Sequence record: SRR31156797_2571
Reading direction: 5' to 3' (one strand)
DNA: 63,582 nucleotides
Under the pieces are notes generated by a model. It saw only the letters and a program-made list of their open reading frames with translations, did no database searches and was not told the DNA's origin. Positions 48,505 through 61,700 of the stretch are shown here, piece after piece. Each line of letters starts with the position of its first letter. Within the stretch, counting starts at the first letter, position 1. A program made the position numbers and the translations under genes.

Positions 48505-48710
48505 ATCGGTTAAACTCCTTTAAAATACCTGTTATCCTTATTATATACGATTCTTGGAAAATTACTTGGAGAAAAGAATGAAAACTTGCTATTGTTTTCG
48601 TTTTTTATTTTCAATGAAGAAATAGACTAAGGAGAATCAACTGAAATGATTGACAAACGAATGAAAAAAAGCAAGAATGAAACTGAAATCTTCAAAGGAG
48701 GCACACGTAC

Positions 48711-49148
48711 ATGCAAGAATTATCAAAAGGAATCCCAATCTCGATTCATTTAACAACCAATGTACGTCAAGCAGGGGAAACAGAGAACTTTCTGTTTGAT
48801 CTGCAAGGACAAGCGGTCAAGATCGGTGATACCTTATATCTCCGTTACAAAGAGATCCAGCCAGACGGCACCGACATTCCCGTTACGATGAAAATTATGC
48901 CAGACGGATTGATTCAATTGATTCGCTCAGGGGAAATGCGCATGCGCTTGAAATTTTCTTATAAGGAACGTTTAGAGACGAGTTATCAAACCCCGTATGG
49001 CTTGATGATGTTCCACACCTTCACCAATCACTTGCACGTTAGCTTGAAAGACCGTCCATACTCGGGAAAGATCGATATCGATTATGACTTGTTCATGGCT
49101 GCTGACAAAGTCGGCGAATACAAACTGTCTTTAGAATTTACCGCTTAA
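48711..49148 (+). CDS. DUF1934 (YwiB-like) protein
   Basis: YLRYKE, IRSG, YQTPYG; lies upstream of rpoE. Confidence 0.8.
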   Translation: MQELSKGIPISIHLTTNVRQAGETENFLFDLQGQAVKIGDTLYLRYKEIQPDGTDIPVTMKIMPDGLIQLIRSGEMRMRLKFSYKERLETSYQTPYGLMMFHTFTNHLHVSLKDRPYSGKIDIDYDLFMAADKVGEYKLSLEFTA

Positions 49149-49232
49149 TCAAAGGGAAATTGAAAGAAAAAATTGCAATTTGAGACGTAATTTTGTATGA
49201 TTAGGAGTAGACTGTGAAAGGACGTGTCCCGT

Positions 49233-49841
49233 TTGGAAATTAATGTATTTGAAGGTGTAAATAAAAACGAATTGTCGATGATTGAAGTTGCCCATGCGAT
49301 TTTAGAGCAGCGCGGTGACGTGATGGATTTTTCTGATTTGGTCAACCAAATTCAAAACTATCTTGAAACTTCAGACAGCGAGATTCGTGATTCATTGGCG
49401 CAGTTTTATACAGACTTGAATATCGACGGTAGTTTTATTTCTTTAGGCGACAATCGTTGGGGCTTACGTTCATGGTACGCCATTGATTCGATCGATGAAG
49501 AAGTCAACCATGGCATCGAAGACGAGGATGAAGATACACCACGTCGTCGCAAACGTAAAAAAGTCAATGCCTTTATCAACGATGATGAAGATGCAATCGA
49601 TTATAACGATGATGATCCTGAGGATACTGATTTGTCAGATGACGAAGAAGATGATCTCTTTGATGATGATGATGACGAGGATGAAGAAATCTCGGCATAC
49701 AATTCAGACTTGCAAGAAATCGGCGCCGACAATAGCACCGATGATGAAGAAGAATTACCTGACAGCATTGAGGAAGATCTCACCATTATCGATGACGATG
49801 ATGAAGATGATTTTGCGGATGAAGAGGAAGAAGAGGAGTAA
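49233..49841 (+). CDS. rpoE: RNA polymerase delta subunit
   Basis: [34 protein letters not shown] and acidic tail; start TTG 49233 (alternative GTG 49224). Confidence 0.95.
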   Translation: MEINVFEGVNKNELSMIEVAHAILEQRGDVMDFSDLVNQIQNYLETSDSEIRDSLAQFYTDLNIDGSFISLGDNRWGLRSWYAIDSIDEEVNHGIEDEDEDTPRRRKRKKVNAFINDDEDAIDYNDDDPEDTDLSDDEEDDLFDDDDDEDEEISAYNSDLQEIGADNSTDDEEELPDSIEEDLTIIDDDDEDDFADEEEEEE

Positions 49842-49958
49842 TCCTCTTCTTTTTTTCGCCTTATGGCTGCAAGCAGCTTTTAATCGTTGAAGGACGAGTT
49901 CGCCTTCTTACATAGATACAAATAAAAAAGGAACCGCATCAGCGGTCCCTAAGTGCTT

Positions 49959-49987
49959 TTGAATTATTGATTTGAATCGAGTATACT
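49959..49987 (+). promoter_or_regulatory. Predicted sigma-A promoter, likely for rpoN, firing through the tRNA gene
   Basis: TTGAAT-17-TATACT. Confidence 0.55.
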
Positions 49988-50005
49988 TGTAACGAAAAGA
50001 AAAAA

Positions 50006-50077
50006 CGCGCCTTGAGGGAATCGAACCCCCGTCTCAAGAACCGGAATCTTACGTGATATCCACTACACTAAAGGCGC
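50006..50077 (-). tRNA. tRNA-Arg(CCG), CCA not encoded
   Basis: Reverse complement GCGCCTTTAGTGTAGTGGATATCACGTAAGATTCCGGTTCTTGAGACGGGGGTTCGATTCCCTCAAGGCGCG folds as a cloverleaf with TTC loop and anticodon CCG. Confidence 0.95.
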
Positions 50078-50091
50078 GAAGCACAAATATT

Positions 50092-50120
50092 AGTTTAACC
50101 AATTTCAGTGAAAAAAACAA
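50092..50120 (-). promoter_or_regulatory. Predicted tRNA promoter abutting the rpoN RBS
   Basis: Minus strand TTGTTT-17-TAAACT. Confidence 0.5.
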
Positions 50121-50128
50121 GAGGTAGA

Positions 50129-51448
50129 ATGATGAAATTTCAACAGCAATTTTCACAACAACAAAAACAGACGCAAAAGCTTGCTATGACGCAGAAATTA
50201 CAGCAATCGATCCAAGTGCTGCAATTTTCTGCAGATGAATTATTGTCCTTCATAGATAACCAGGCATTAGAAAATCCGTTGATTGATCTGGGGGAATATG
50301 ATTCGCCCATCACACCAAGCAAGAGCAGCGGCTCGTCAGAACAAATAATGGATTACTTAAGCCAGATCCCTGATCAGCACACGTCTTTATTCGAACACCT
50401 CATTGATCAAGTTCATTTAAATTACCGCGACACCTTTTTGCGGACGATCGTTTTATTTTTAGTCGAGTACATTGATTTAAACGGCTTTTTGACGATTGAT
50501 TTGGAAGAAGCTGGGAAGCTTGTCGGGGGGACGCCGATCCAAATGCTTGATGCTTTAACCTTGATCCAGCAACTGGATCCGGCAGGAGTCGGTGCTCGTG
50601 ATCTAAGAGAGTGTTTGATGCTGCAAACGGAAAGAGATGACTATGCGCCGCCAATGGCTTATCTCATTTTAGAAGAATTCTTCACGGAAATGGCAGAGCG
50701 CAAGTGGGACAAAATCAGCAAAGCGCTGCAGATTCCATTAACTGAGATTCAAAAGGTCTTTGATTATGTTCAAACATTGACCCCCACACCAGGGGCGGCG
50801 TTTGGGTCGACCGATGGGCTTTACATCGTTCCTGACCTGCGAGTGACGGTTGAAAAAGGACAACCGATCGTGAAATCAAACAAACGCGCCTTACCAGAGG
50901 TTCGCTTTCAGCAGCAGTACTTTGACCAATTGAAGCAAAGCGGTGATCCAGAAGTCTTAAGTTATTTAGACAATAAAGCCCAAGAGTTCGAGTGGTTAAA
51001 GAAGACCTTGCTGCAACGAGGGGATACCATCTATCGTGTCGGGGTGCAGATCGTTGCGCGGCAAAAGGAGTTTTTCACTCAACCAGATCGACCATTAAAG
51101 CCATTGGTTTTAAGAGAAGTTGCCGAAGAATTAGGAATTCATGAATCAACGGTCAGCCGGGCAGTCAATGGGAAATACTTGGAGACCTCCTTTGGGGTGT
51201 TTGAATTAAAACTATTCTTTGGACAGAAAGTTTCGACGCAAGAAAGCGGTGATGACCTGACGACGGCATCGATCAAACAGCAGCTAAAAGCACTGATCAA
51301 TGAAGAAAATAAAAACAAACCATTGTCAGACCAAAAGTTGACAGATGCCCTCAAAGCCCAAGGCATCGATATTTCTAGACGAACGGTGGCAAAGTATCGT
51401 GAAGCCATGAATATCCCTGGTTCTTCCAAGCGGAAACGATTCGAGTAA
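50129..51448 (+). CDS. rpoN: RNA polymerase sigma-54 factor
   Basis: Q-rich region I, LENPL, DPAGVGAR, HESTVSRAV, RpoN box SRRTVAKYR. Confidence 0.96.
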   Translation: MMKFQQQFSQQQKQTQKLAMTQKLQQSIQVLQFSADELLSFIDNQALENPLIDLGEYDSPITPSKSSGSSEQIMDYLSQIPDQHTSLFEHLIDQVHLNYRDTFLRTIVLFLVEYIDLNGFLTIDLEEAGKLVGGTPIQMLDALTLIQQLDPAGVGARDLRECLMLQTERDDYAPPMAYLILEEFFTEMAERKWDKISKALQIPLTEIQKVFDYVQTLTPTPGAAFGSTDGLYIVPDLRVTVEKGQPIVKSNKRALPEVRFQQQYFDQLKQSGDPEVLSYLDNKAQEFEWLKKTLLQRGDTIYRVGVQIVARQKEFFTQPDRPLKPLVLREVAEELGIHESTVSRAVNGKYLETSFGVFELKLFFGQKVSTQESGDDLTTASIKQQLKALINEENKNKPLSDQKLTDALKAQGIDISRRTVAKYREAMNIPGSSKRKRFE

Positions 51449-51474
51449 AGCAAAACTTACTATTAACGATGAGT

Positions 51475-51503
51475 AGGGAAGGCAGCAAAGCCTTTCCTTT
51501 TTT
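51475..51503 (+). terminator. rpoN terminator
   Basis: AGGGAAGGC/GCCTTTCCT plus T run. Confidence 0.7.
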
Positions 51504-51571
51504 TATCGATCCTTTCCTCTTTTTCAAATTATGACGATTTTATGAAAAGCAAGATTTTGTGACTGAAATAG

Positions 51572-51677
51572 TTGCGTATCAAGGCGATAAGTGCTACTAT
51601 TATTGGTGTAGGAAACAGATTTAAATTTTTTTTGCAATCGATGGGTCATTTTAAGTCATTGTAGGACGAAAATTGTC
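51572..51677 (+). promoter_or_regulatory. cggR-gap promoter and CggR operator
   Basis: TTGCGT-17-TACTAT with extended TG; tandem TGGGTC-N6-AGTC-N4-TAGGAC-N6-TGTC matching the CggR direct-repeat layout. Confidence 0.75.
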
Positions 51678-51694
51678 CAACGGGAGGATATAAA

Positions 51695-52732
51695 ATGCTC
51701 GATGAATTAAAATTGATTGAGGCAATCACCCCGGATATTCTCGCTGTACTCCAGGAACGTTACCGTATCTTAAGAAATATTTATTGGATGCAGCCCGTTG
51801 GCCGCCGGACACTTTCGGAAAGTTTATCAATGACGGAACGCGTGTTGAGGACGGAAACAGATATCCTTAAAAAGCTGAAACTGATCGACTCTTCAAAAAG
51901 CGGCATGCAATTGACCGCCTACGGAGAAGAAGTGTACACGAAGATTGGTGCACTGATGGATCAGCTGTTCGGAATGCACCAAATCGAGAAACGATTATCA
52001 GAGACCTTTGGCATCGAACGTTGTTTGATTGCGAGCGGCGATGGTGATCGACAACCGAAAGTTATTGCTGAATTTGGCCAGTTGCTGAATGAATCGTTGG
52101 ATCTCTTATTGCCAGAAGGCAAAAACACCATCGCAGTAATGGGAGGGACGACAATGGCGAAAGTTGCCGAGGAATTGGGTAATTTGGAAACCGCCAAACG
52201 TCATAACTTGTTTGTTCCAGCCCGTGGTGGTATCGGAGAATCAGTCAACGTGCAAGCAAACTCTGTCAGCTCGGTGATGGCAATGCAGACAAATGGCGAT
52301 TATCGCTCCTTGTTTGTACCAGAACAATTAAGCATGAACACCTACGAGTTTCTCTTGAAAGAACCCGCCATCGTTGATGTCTTAAACTTGATAAGTCAAG
52401 CAAATTGTGTTATTCATAGTATTGGACGGGCGTTGCATATGGCGGCTCGAAGAAAAATGTCAGAACAAGAAATTCTGATGTTGAAACAAAAAAATGCAGT
52501 TGCAGAATCCTTTGGGTATTTCTTTAACGAAGCAGGCGAGGTCGTTTACAAAGTTCCTCGAATCGGACTTCAATTAAAAGATTTACAAAAAGTCCCAATC
52601 ATTTTTGCGGTCGCTGGCGGACAATCAAAAGCCAAAGCGGTCAATGCATACATGAAAAATGCACCAAAACAAACCTGGCTCATCACCGATGAAGCTTGCG
52701 CAAATGAGATTTTAAAAGGGGCAACCCTTTAA
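51695..52732 (+). CDS. cggR: Central glycolytic genes regulator
   Basis: QPVGRR..TERVLR wHTH, GGTT, PARGG, AESFGYFF, LITDE. Confidence 0.93.
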   Translation: MLDELKLIEAITPDILAVLQERYRILRNIYWMQPVGRRTLSESLSMTERVLRTETDILKKLKLIDSSKSGMQLTAYGEEVYTKIGALMDQLFGMHQIEKRLSETFGIERCLIASGDGDRQPKVIAEFGQLLNESLDLLLPEGKNTIAVMGGTTMAKVAEELGNLETAKRHNLFVPARGGIGESVNVQANSVSSVMAMQTNGDYRSLFVPEQLSMNTYEFLLKEPAIVDVLNLISQANCVIHSIGRALHMAARRKMSEQEILMLKQKNAVAESFGYFFNEAGEVVYKVPRIGLQLKDLQKVPIIFAVAGGQSKAKAVNAYMKNAPKQTWLITDEACANEILKGATL

Positions 52733-52772
52733 AATAAATATTTTTATGATTTTCATAAGGAGGAAATCTTAA

Positions 52773-53774
52773 ATGACAGTTAAAGTAGGTATTAATGGAT
52801 TTGGACGTATCGGACGCTTAGCATTTCGTCGTATCCAAGAAGTAGAAGGAATCGAAGTTGTGGCTATCAATGACTTAACAGACGCTAAAATGTTAGCTCA
52901 CTTGTTAAAATATGATACAACACAAGGACGTTTCAACGGTACAGTTGAAGTTCACGAAGGTTCATTCAATGTGAACGGAAACGAAATCAAAGTTTTAGCT
53001 AACCGCAACCCTGAAGAATTGCCTTGGGGCGAACTAGGTGTTGAAATCGTGTTAGAATGTACTGGATTCTTCACTTCTAAAGCAGCTGCTGAAAAACATT
53101 TAACAGCTGGTGCAAAACGTGTAGTTATCTCAGCTCCTGGTGGAAACGATGTTCCAACAATCGTTTACAACACAAACCATGAAACTTTAACAGGTGAAGA
53201 AACAGTTATCTCTGGTGCTTCATGTACAACAAACTGTTTAGCTCCTATGGCGAAAACATTGAACGACAAATTTGGTGTGATTGAAGGATTAATGACTACA
53301 ATCCATGCTTACACAGGTGACCAAATGACTCTAGACGGACCACACCCTAAAGGTGACTTCCGCCGTGCCCGTGCTGCTGCTGCAAACATCGTGCCTAACT
53401 CAACTGGTGCTGCTAAAGCGATCGGCTTAGTAATCCCAGAATTGAACGGCAAATTAGATGGTGCTGCTCAACGTGTTCCTGTTGCAACTGGTTCATTAAC
53501 TGAATTAGTTACTGTTCTTGACAAAGAAGTAACTGTTGATGAAATCAATGCAGCAATGAAAGAAGCTTCAAACGAATCTTACGGTTACAACACAGACGAA
53601 ATCGTTTCTTCTGATATCGTTGGTATGACTTACGGTTCATTATTTGATGCAACTCAAACAAAAGTTATGACTGTTGGCGACAAACAATTAGTTAAAACTG
53701 TTGCTTGGTACGACAATGAAATGTCATACACTGCACAATTAGTACGTACTTTAGAATACTTCGCTAACCTATAA
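52773..53774 (+). CDS. gap: Glyceraldehyde-3-phosphate dehydrogenase
   Basis: [18 protein letters not shown]. Confidence 0.98.
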   Translation: MTVKVGINGFGRIGRLAFRRIQEVEGIEVVAINDLTDAKMLAHLLKYDTTQGRFNGTVEVHEGSFNVNGNEIKVLANRNPEELPWGELGVEIVLECTGFFTSKAAAEKHLTAGAKRVVISAPGGNDVPTIVYNTNHETLTGEETVISGASCTTNCLAPMAKTLNDKFGVIEGLMTTIHAYTGDQMTLDGPHPKGDFRRARAAAANIVPNSTGAAKAIGLVIPELNGKLDGAAQRVPVATGSLTELVTVLDKEVTVDEINAAMKEASNESYGYNTDEIVSSDIVGMTYGSLFDATQTKVMTVGDKQLVKTVAWYDNEMSYTAQLVRTLEYFANL

Positions 53775-53811
53775 GAGTTGCGAACGACTTTAATTTAAAC
53801 CATCGCAAGAG

Positions 53812-53846
53812 AAAGCGGGGAAGCATCGCGCTTCTCCGCTTTTTTT
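53812..53846 (+). terminator. Stem-loop/terminator after gap
   Basis: AAAGCGGGGAAGC/GCTTCTCCGCTTT plus T run. Confidence 0.8.
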
Positions 53847-53873
53847 AACAATTATGCTAGGAGGAATCTGTTC

Positions 53874-55064
53874 ATGGCTAAAATGACAGTTCAAGATATC
53901 GATTTAAAAGATAAAAAAGTTCTTGTACGTGTGGACTTCAACGTTCCATTGAAAGATGGAGTGATCGGAGATGATACACGGATCAAAGCAGCATTACCAA
54001 CAATCAATTATGTGATCGAAAACGGCGGAAAAGCAATTCTTTTCTCACACTTAGGTCGTGTGAAAGAAGAAGCAGATAAAGCTGGAAAATCTTTAGCGCC
54101 AGTTGCGAAACGTCTTGGCGAATTGTTAGGCAAAGAAGTAACATTCGTTGATGAAACCCGCGGCGAAAAATTAGAAGCAGCGATCAACAACATGCAAGAT
54201 GGCGATGTCGTTGTTTTTGAAAACACTCGTTTTGAAGACATCGATGGCAAAAAAGAAAGCAAAAACGATCCTGAACTAGGCAAATACTGGGCTTCTTTAG
54301 GCGATGTTTTTGTAAATGATGCCTTTGGTACCGCACACCGCGCACACGCTTCAAACGTAGGGATCGCTTCAACAGGTATCCCAACAGTTGCTGGTTTCTT
54401 AATGGAAAAAGAAATCAAATTCATCGGGGAAGCAGTCGAAGAACCAAAACGTCCAATGATCGCGATTCTTGGTGGAGCAAAAGTATCTGATAAAATCGGC
54501 GTAATCGAAAACTTGATTCCTAAAGCAGACAAAATCTTGATCGGCGGCGGAATGACGTATACGTTCTACAAAGCAAAAGGCATGGAAATCGGTAATTCTC
54601 TTGTGGAAGCAGATAAAGTAGAATTAGCAAAAGAATTGATCGAAAAAGCTGGCGATAAATTAGTATTACCAGTTGATTCAATCACTGCTGCTGAATTTTC
54701 AAATGATGTCCCAACAGAAGAACATACTGGTGATGTTCCTGAAGGACAAATGGGCTTAGATATCGGACCTGAAACCATCGCTTTGTTTGCTGAAACATTA
54801 AAAGGCGCAAAAACAGTCGTTTGGAACGGACCTATGGGTGTGTTTGAAATGTCTAACTTCGCAAACGGTACGATTGGTGTTTGTGAAGCAATTGCCAACC
54901 TTGAAGATGCAACAACGATCATCGGTGGCGGTGACTCTGCAGCTGCAGCAGAACAATTAGGGTTTGCTGACAAATTTACCCACATCTCAACAGGTGGCGG
55001 TGCCAGCCTTGAATTGCTAGAAGGAAAAACACTTCCTGGCCTAGCTGCGATCAACGATAAATAA
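53874..55064 (+). CDS. pgk: Phosphoglycerate kinase
   Basis: [32 protein letters not shown]. Confidence 0.98.
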   Translation: MAKMTVQDIDLKDKKVLVRVDFNVPLKDGVIGDDTRIKAALPTINYVIENGGKAILFSHLGRVKEEADKAGKSLAPVAKRLGELLGKEVTFVDETRGEKLEAAINNMQDGDVVVFENTRFEDIDGKKESKNDPELGKYWASLGDVFVNDAFGTAHRAHASNVGIASTGIPTVAGFLMEKEIKFIGEAVEEPKRPMIAILGGAKVSDKIGVIENLIPKADKILIGGGMTYTFYKAKGMEIGNSLVEADKVELAKELIEKAGDKLVLPVDSITAAEFSNDVPTEEHTGDVPEGQMGLDIGPETIALFAETLKGAKTVVWNGPMGVFEMSNFANGTIGVCEAIANLEDATTIIGGGDSAAAAEQLGFADKFTHISTGGGASLELLEGKTLPGLAAINDK

Positions 55065-55883
<819 letters not shown>

Positions 55884-55906
55884 TTTCATTTTCATGAAAA
55901 TAACAT

Positions 55907-55935
55907 TTGCAGAATCGTGATTTTTTCACTACAAT
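55907..55935 (+). promoter_or_regulatory. Internal eno promoter
   Basis: TTGCAG-17-TACAAT. Confidence 0.6.
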
Positions 55936-55965
55936 TAAGTTGTTCGCAAGGGGTATTCCCCTTAA

Positions 55966-57297
<1,332 letters not shown>

Positions 57298-57315
57298 TCT
57301 TTCGATTATTGCTTT

Positions 57316-57373
57316 GCTCTGAAAGAGTAGCGGTTGATTTAACAGTCAGCTGCTGCGATTTCAGAGCTTTTTT
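57316..57373 (+). terminator. eno terminator
   Basis: Long imperfect stem GCTCTGAAA...TTTCAGAGC plus T run. Confidence 0.7.
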
Positions 57374-57527
57374 GTTGCCTCGATTCATTCAGTGCAGACA
57401 ATGACCAATCATTTAAGATAACAGAAGGTAGTCATTTCTTCTTTATTTTCTTTTTCAAAAAAAAGAAATTATAGTTCTGACTTATCAAAATCCTATAATA
57501 AAAGAAAATAGTTTTTAGGAGAAAAAA

Positions 57528-58640
57528 ATGGCTTATGATTATTTGATCGTTGGTACAGGTCTTTTTGGCTCAGTTTTTGCTCATGAAGCAGCGAAACGGG
57601 GACATACAGTCAAAATGTTGGAAAAACGGACACATATTGGCGGTAATTGTTATACAGAAAAACAAGCAGGAATCGACGTACATAAATATGGTGCGCATAT
57701 TTTTCATACATCGAGTAAAAAAATTTGGGACTATATCAATCAGTTTACTGAATTCTATCCCTACATTCATGCTCCTATTGCAAACTATCAAGGCGAGCTA
57801 TATAATCTTCCTTTTAATATGAACACATTTTACCAACTATGGGGAACCAAAAATCCTGCTGAAGCTCGTACCAAAATAATGACTCAAATTGAAAAGACAA
57901 GAATAAAAAGACCACGAAATTTAGAAGAACAGGCTCTTTCTTTAGTCGGACCAGACATCTATCATAAGCTGATCAAAGGCTACACTGAAAAACAGTGGGG
58001 ACGAGAATGTGATCTTCTTCCTTCTTTTATTATCAAAAGGCTGCCGATCCGGTATACCTTTAACAACAATTATTTTACGGATATTTTTCAAGGAGTACCT
58101 AAATTGGGTTATACACAAATGATTCAAAAAATGCTTACACATCCACTGATTGATGTTTCTTTAGAGACTGATTTTTTTGCAGATCGCACACGACATGAAG
58201 CCTCTTCTAAGAACATTGTTTATACTGGAATGATTGATCAATATTTCGATTATTGTTATGGCGAGTTGGCCTATCGGTCTTTACATTTTGAAACTGAAGT
58301 TTATAACACGGATAATTACCAAGGAACAGCCGTCATGAACTTTACAGACAGTCAAACGCCCTATACGCGAATCATTGAGCATAAACATTTTTGTCCAGTG
58401 GTGTCAAAAAGAACAGTTATCACTAAAGAATACCCGAAAGAGTGGAAGAAAGGAGATATTCCTTACTACCCAATTAACGATCAAAGCAATAATGCATTGT
58501 ATCGCAAATATGAAAAATTAGCGCAACAGCAAAAAAATTGTTTGTTTGGTGGGCGCCTAGCCAGCTATCGCTATTATGATATGGACGATACGATCGCAGC
58601 TGCTTTAAAGCTTGTCCAACAGGAATTTCAAGTGGAGTAA
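57528..58640 (+). CDS. glf: UDP-galactopyranose mutase
   Basis: GTGLFG, HIGGN, HKYGAHIFH, GYTEKQWG, YTRIIEHKHF, PYYP, GRLASYRYYDM. Confidence 0.95.
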   Translation: MAYDYLIVGTGLFGSVFAHEAAKRGHTVKMLEKRTHIGGNCYTEKQAGIDVHKYGAHIFHTSSKKIWDYINQFTEFYPYIHAPIANYQGELYNLPFNMNTFYQLWGTKNPAEARTKIMTQIEKTRIKRPRNLEEQALSLVGPDIYHKLIKGYTEKQWGRECDLLPSFIIKRLPIRYTFNNNYFTDIFQGVPKLGYTQMIQKMLTHPLIDVSLETDFFADRTRHEASSKNIVYTGMIDQYFDYCYGELAYRSLHFETEVYNTDNYQGTAVMNFTDSQTPYTRIIEHKHFCPVVSKRTVITKEYPKEWKKGDIPYYPINDQSNNALYRKYEKLAQQQKNCLFGGRLASYRYYDMDDTIAAALKLVQQEFQVE

Positions 58641-58670
58641 CCTCTTCTATTGGAGAGGTTGCTTTTTTTT
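58639..58670 (+). terminator. glf terminator
   Basis: AACCTCT/AGAGGTT stem plus T8. Confidence 0.75.
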
Positions 58671-58690
58671 GTCCCGATTCTGGGACAAAA
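58667..58690. promoter_or_regulatory. Perfect inverted repeat upstream of the SRR gene, candidate operator
   Basis: TTTTGTCCC-N6-GGGACAAAA. Confidence 0.45.
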
Positions 58691-58799
58691 CGTAACTTTT
58701 TTACTAGCTATGAAATAATTAGTTATCCTATCTTCTAAATAAATAGGACTTGGGGAAGTTTATAAAACATTTTTACGAAAGGGGAGAAAAATAAACGTA

Positions 58800-61700
58800 A
58801 TGAGTAAAAAGAATAATTATCGAAAGTTGTTACGCTCCAATAAAAGTGAACGCTACAAGATGTATAAAAGCGGAAAACATTGGGTCTATGCAACGATCAC
58901 TTCTTTTACTGGCATTGCTGGATTGAGTATCGCGCCAATCGTGGCACATGCTTCAGAAATCACACCGCCATTAGATGCAAGTAAAGAAGCAAATGCCGAG
59001 AATGTCTTGGCAAATAAAACGACGACCAAAATACCGGCTTCATCGACACAAGAAAGTGAAGCTACTTCTCAATCTGAAAGCACACAGCCATCGGATAGTT
59101 TTTCTGAATCCGAAAGTATTACCCAGTCACAAAGTGCAACAGAGTCAACTAGTTTAACCGAATCACAGAGTGTGAGTGATTCAGAAATTGAAAACAATGT
59201 TACCACTATTGAAGAATCCCAAAGCACTTCTGAATCAATGAGCCTTTCCGAGGAGGAGAGTGTGTCTGAATCAGAGAGTTTGAGTATCTCAGAAAGTACC
59301 TCTATTTCAGAAAGTGGTTCGTTGTCGTCAAGTGCATCAGAATCGACTAGTCTATCGATGTCACGATCTACCAGCGTCTCTCATTCAACGTCAGTAAGTC
59401 AAAAGAACCCACCAAAACAAACAGTCTCCGAAAAAAATAAAGTAGAATCGCAAAAAGCACAAGATCTCTTTGATCAATTAGTGCCGAAGAAAGTACAAGC
59501 GTCGGTTGACACTACAACGAATTCATTAGAGATAGTAGTCAAAGATGGCAATTCACCAAGTACATCTTTGATACGGGCAGCGCAACAATATGCTAGTGCC
59601 AATAATTTGATTGCAAGTTTTGCAATTACCACCCAATCGGGGCAGATCATTAAAATCAATGTTTCTGCAGATCCGGATATGGGTCGAGAAGAATTTGAGC
59701 AGGCAATCAATGATGGAAATAAAACCAATTCACCTTCTGGGGTAACAGTTGATGTGCCAGACCAAGTGAAGAATAAAGATTTATATAAGCAAACCGCTAT
59801 TGCTAATGGCACTTATGCCGCAGTTACTGACTGGGCTACCTTAAAAGCAGCATATGGAAATTCTTCGATTACCTATATCGAGGTAACCGCCAATATTACA
59901 GCGGCTACCAATGTGGCAACTCGTGATTTGGGTTGGCGCGAAACGAGTGTGATTATTGACGGGAATGGTTTTACAGTCAATATGGCAGGAGCAGCGTTTA
60001 ATGTAGGGGCAAGTTCTACGGTTCGCGGTTCTATTTTTACGATCACAAATATTAACTTGATTCATTGGCAGTCAGGCACCAACTCAGGAGACAGTGGGAC
60101 AGGTACAGCGGACGCTGTGATCGATTCAAGGTCGGCAACAGGTGGTTATGGATACTGGTACTTCAATATCGATAATGTCACTCTCGAAGGACGAGATGGT
60201 GTTAGCGGAACAGATACTGCTTATCAACCACGACGACTACTGGATGCTGAGGATAGTCAAGTGACTTTATCAGGCAAAATCGTTGCCAATGTAAAACAAG
60301 AATTGATGCAAATTGGGGAAGTAGCTATCGCTAACGGATCCCATGTAGAGTTGAATCGAACAGCTGGTACCACTGGTTATTCCATGTTTTACTATATGGC
60401 CATCCGAGGGAACAATGCGAGTGATACAGGATTCAACCATACCTTTAAAGTAGGTGATGGAGCGACAATTATTGGGAACGAACTTAGTACCTATAATAGT
60501 AACAACTATCCCCTTGTCTATTATGGATTTAACTCAATCACTGTTGGAGATGACGTAACCTGGAAACAAGACGGCTTCCAAATGCTCCTTGATTTTTCTC
60601 GTTATTCAGGAAGTCAATCAAATGACCGAACTGCAACTTTTGGACAAAATTTACAAATGACGGCTACGCGTACAGTAGGTTCTAACTCGCTGAATGTCAC
60701 AAATAGAGCGGTTGTTACATTTAATGCAGGAACGGTACTTGATTTGCAACAATGGAATGCCAATACTGTTGTAAACGTTGATTCTGGCGCAACCATTCGC
60801 TTTATTTCACCGCGAGCATTGCACTTAGCACGTTTAACTTCTTCAGGAGCTGTTTCGGCTGGCCGATTGATTATAGGTTCGGGAACATTTGTCATGAATA
60901 ATTCTCAGATTAGTACATGGCAAGGCAGCAGTAGCCAAACCGCTGCTCCAGAAGGAAACCGTAACTTAAAATTCGTAGAGATGACTATTTCAGGTACGAC
61001 AACCACCATTAAAGATACGGCTGGAAATGTTACTACATCTAATATTGTAGATACTTCTACCCGTGAATTAGCGACTGTTGCTATTGCACCAGGAACTGTA
61101 ACTGTAAACTATGTTGATCAGTATGGCAATATTATCAAAACTGTTGATATGCCAATTGATCCAGACGTTAATTACATTGGTGAGTATCTTGATTTGCAAA
61201 CGTTGGAGTATGCCAATGATCTAATGCCTGATAATTATATGTGGGCAATTGGTACTCAAGTCGCTAGTTCTGCGAAAAACGATGGCCAAAGTGGCGGAGA
61301 TAGTACGACTAATGCCGATAATGGGGATAGTTATGGACAAGCGACAGTTGCGATCGTTCCGATGGAAAACACCAATTATACCTATAATATTTATGTATAC
61401 GGTGTTGCTAATAATTCGGTTCAGTACCAATATGTTGACGTTAAGACAGGTCAAGTGATCTCTTCTGAGTACATGAATGCTGGTACCGAAGCTTCAGGAA
61501 CAGATAGAGTTCCTGCAAACTACGGGAATGTTATTGATTGGACCAATAGTTACTATACTTCGACGAATTTACCTCCTGGTTACTATTATGCAACAGGTGC
61601 AGTATTAAATGGTAATGTACAGCCTGGATCTACTACAGTCGGTACTGGAGCGAGTCTAACCACTATTTATGTTGTAGCAGACACACAAACAGTCAACGTA

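Noticed and set aside
49483..49890. Met/Lys-rich ORF and GAT/GAA repeats
   Set aside because: These are an off-frame reading of the acidic RpoE tail.
50006..50077. tRNA as an integration site for an island
   Set aside because: There is no integrase and no duplicated tRNA 3' end in the window.
55915..55932. Rex-like site upstream of eno
   Set aside because: The GTGA-TCAC spacing is 5 rather than 6 bp; the region is better explained as a promoter spacer.
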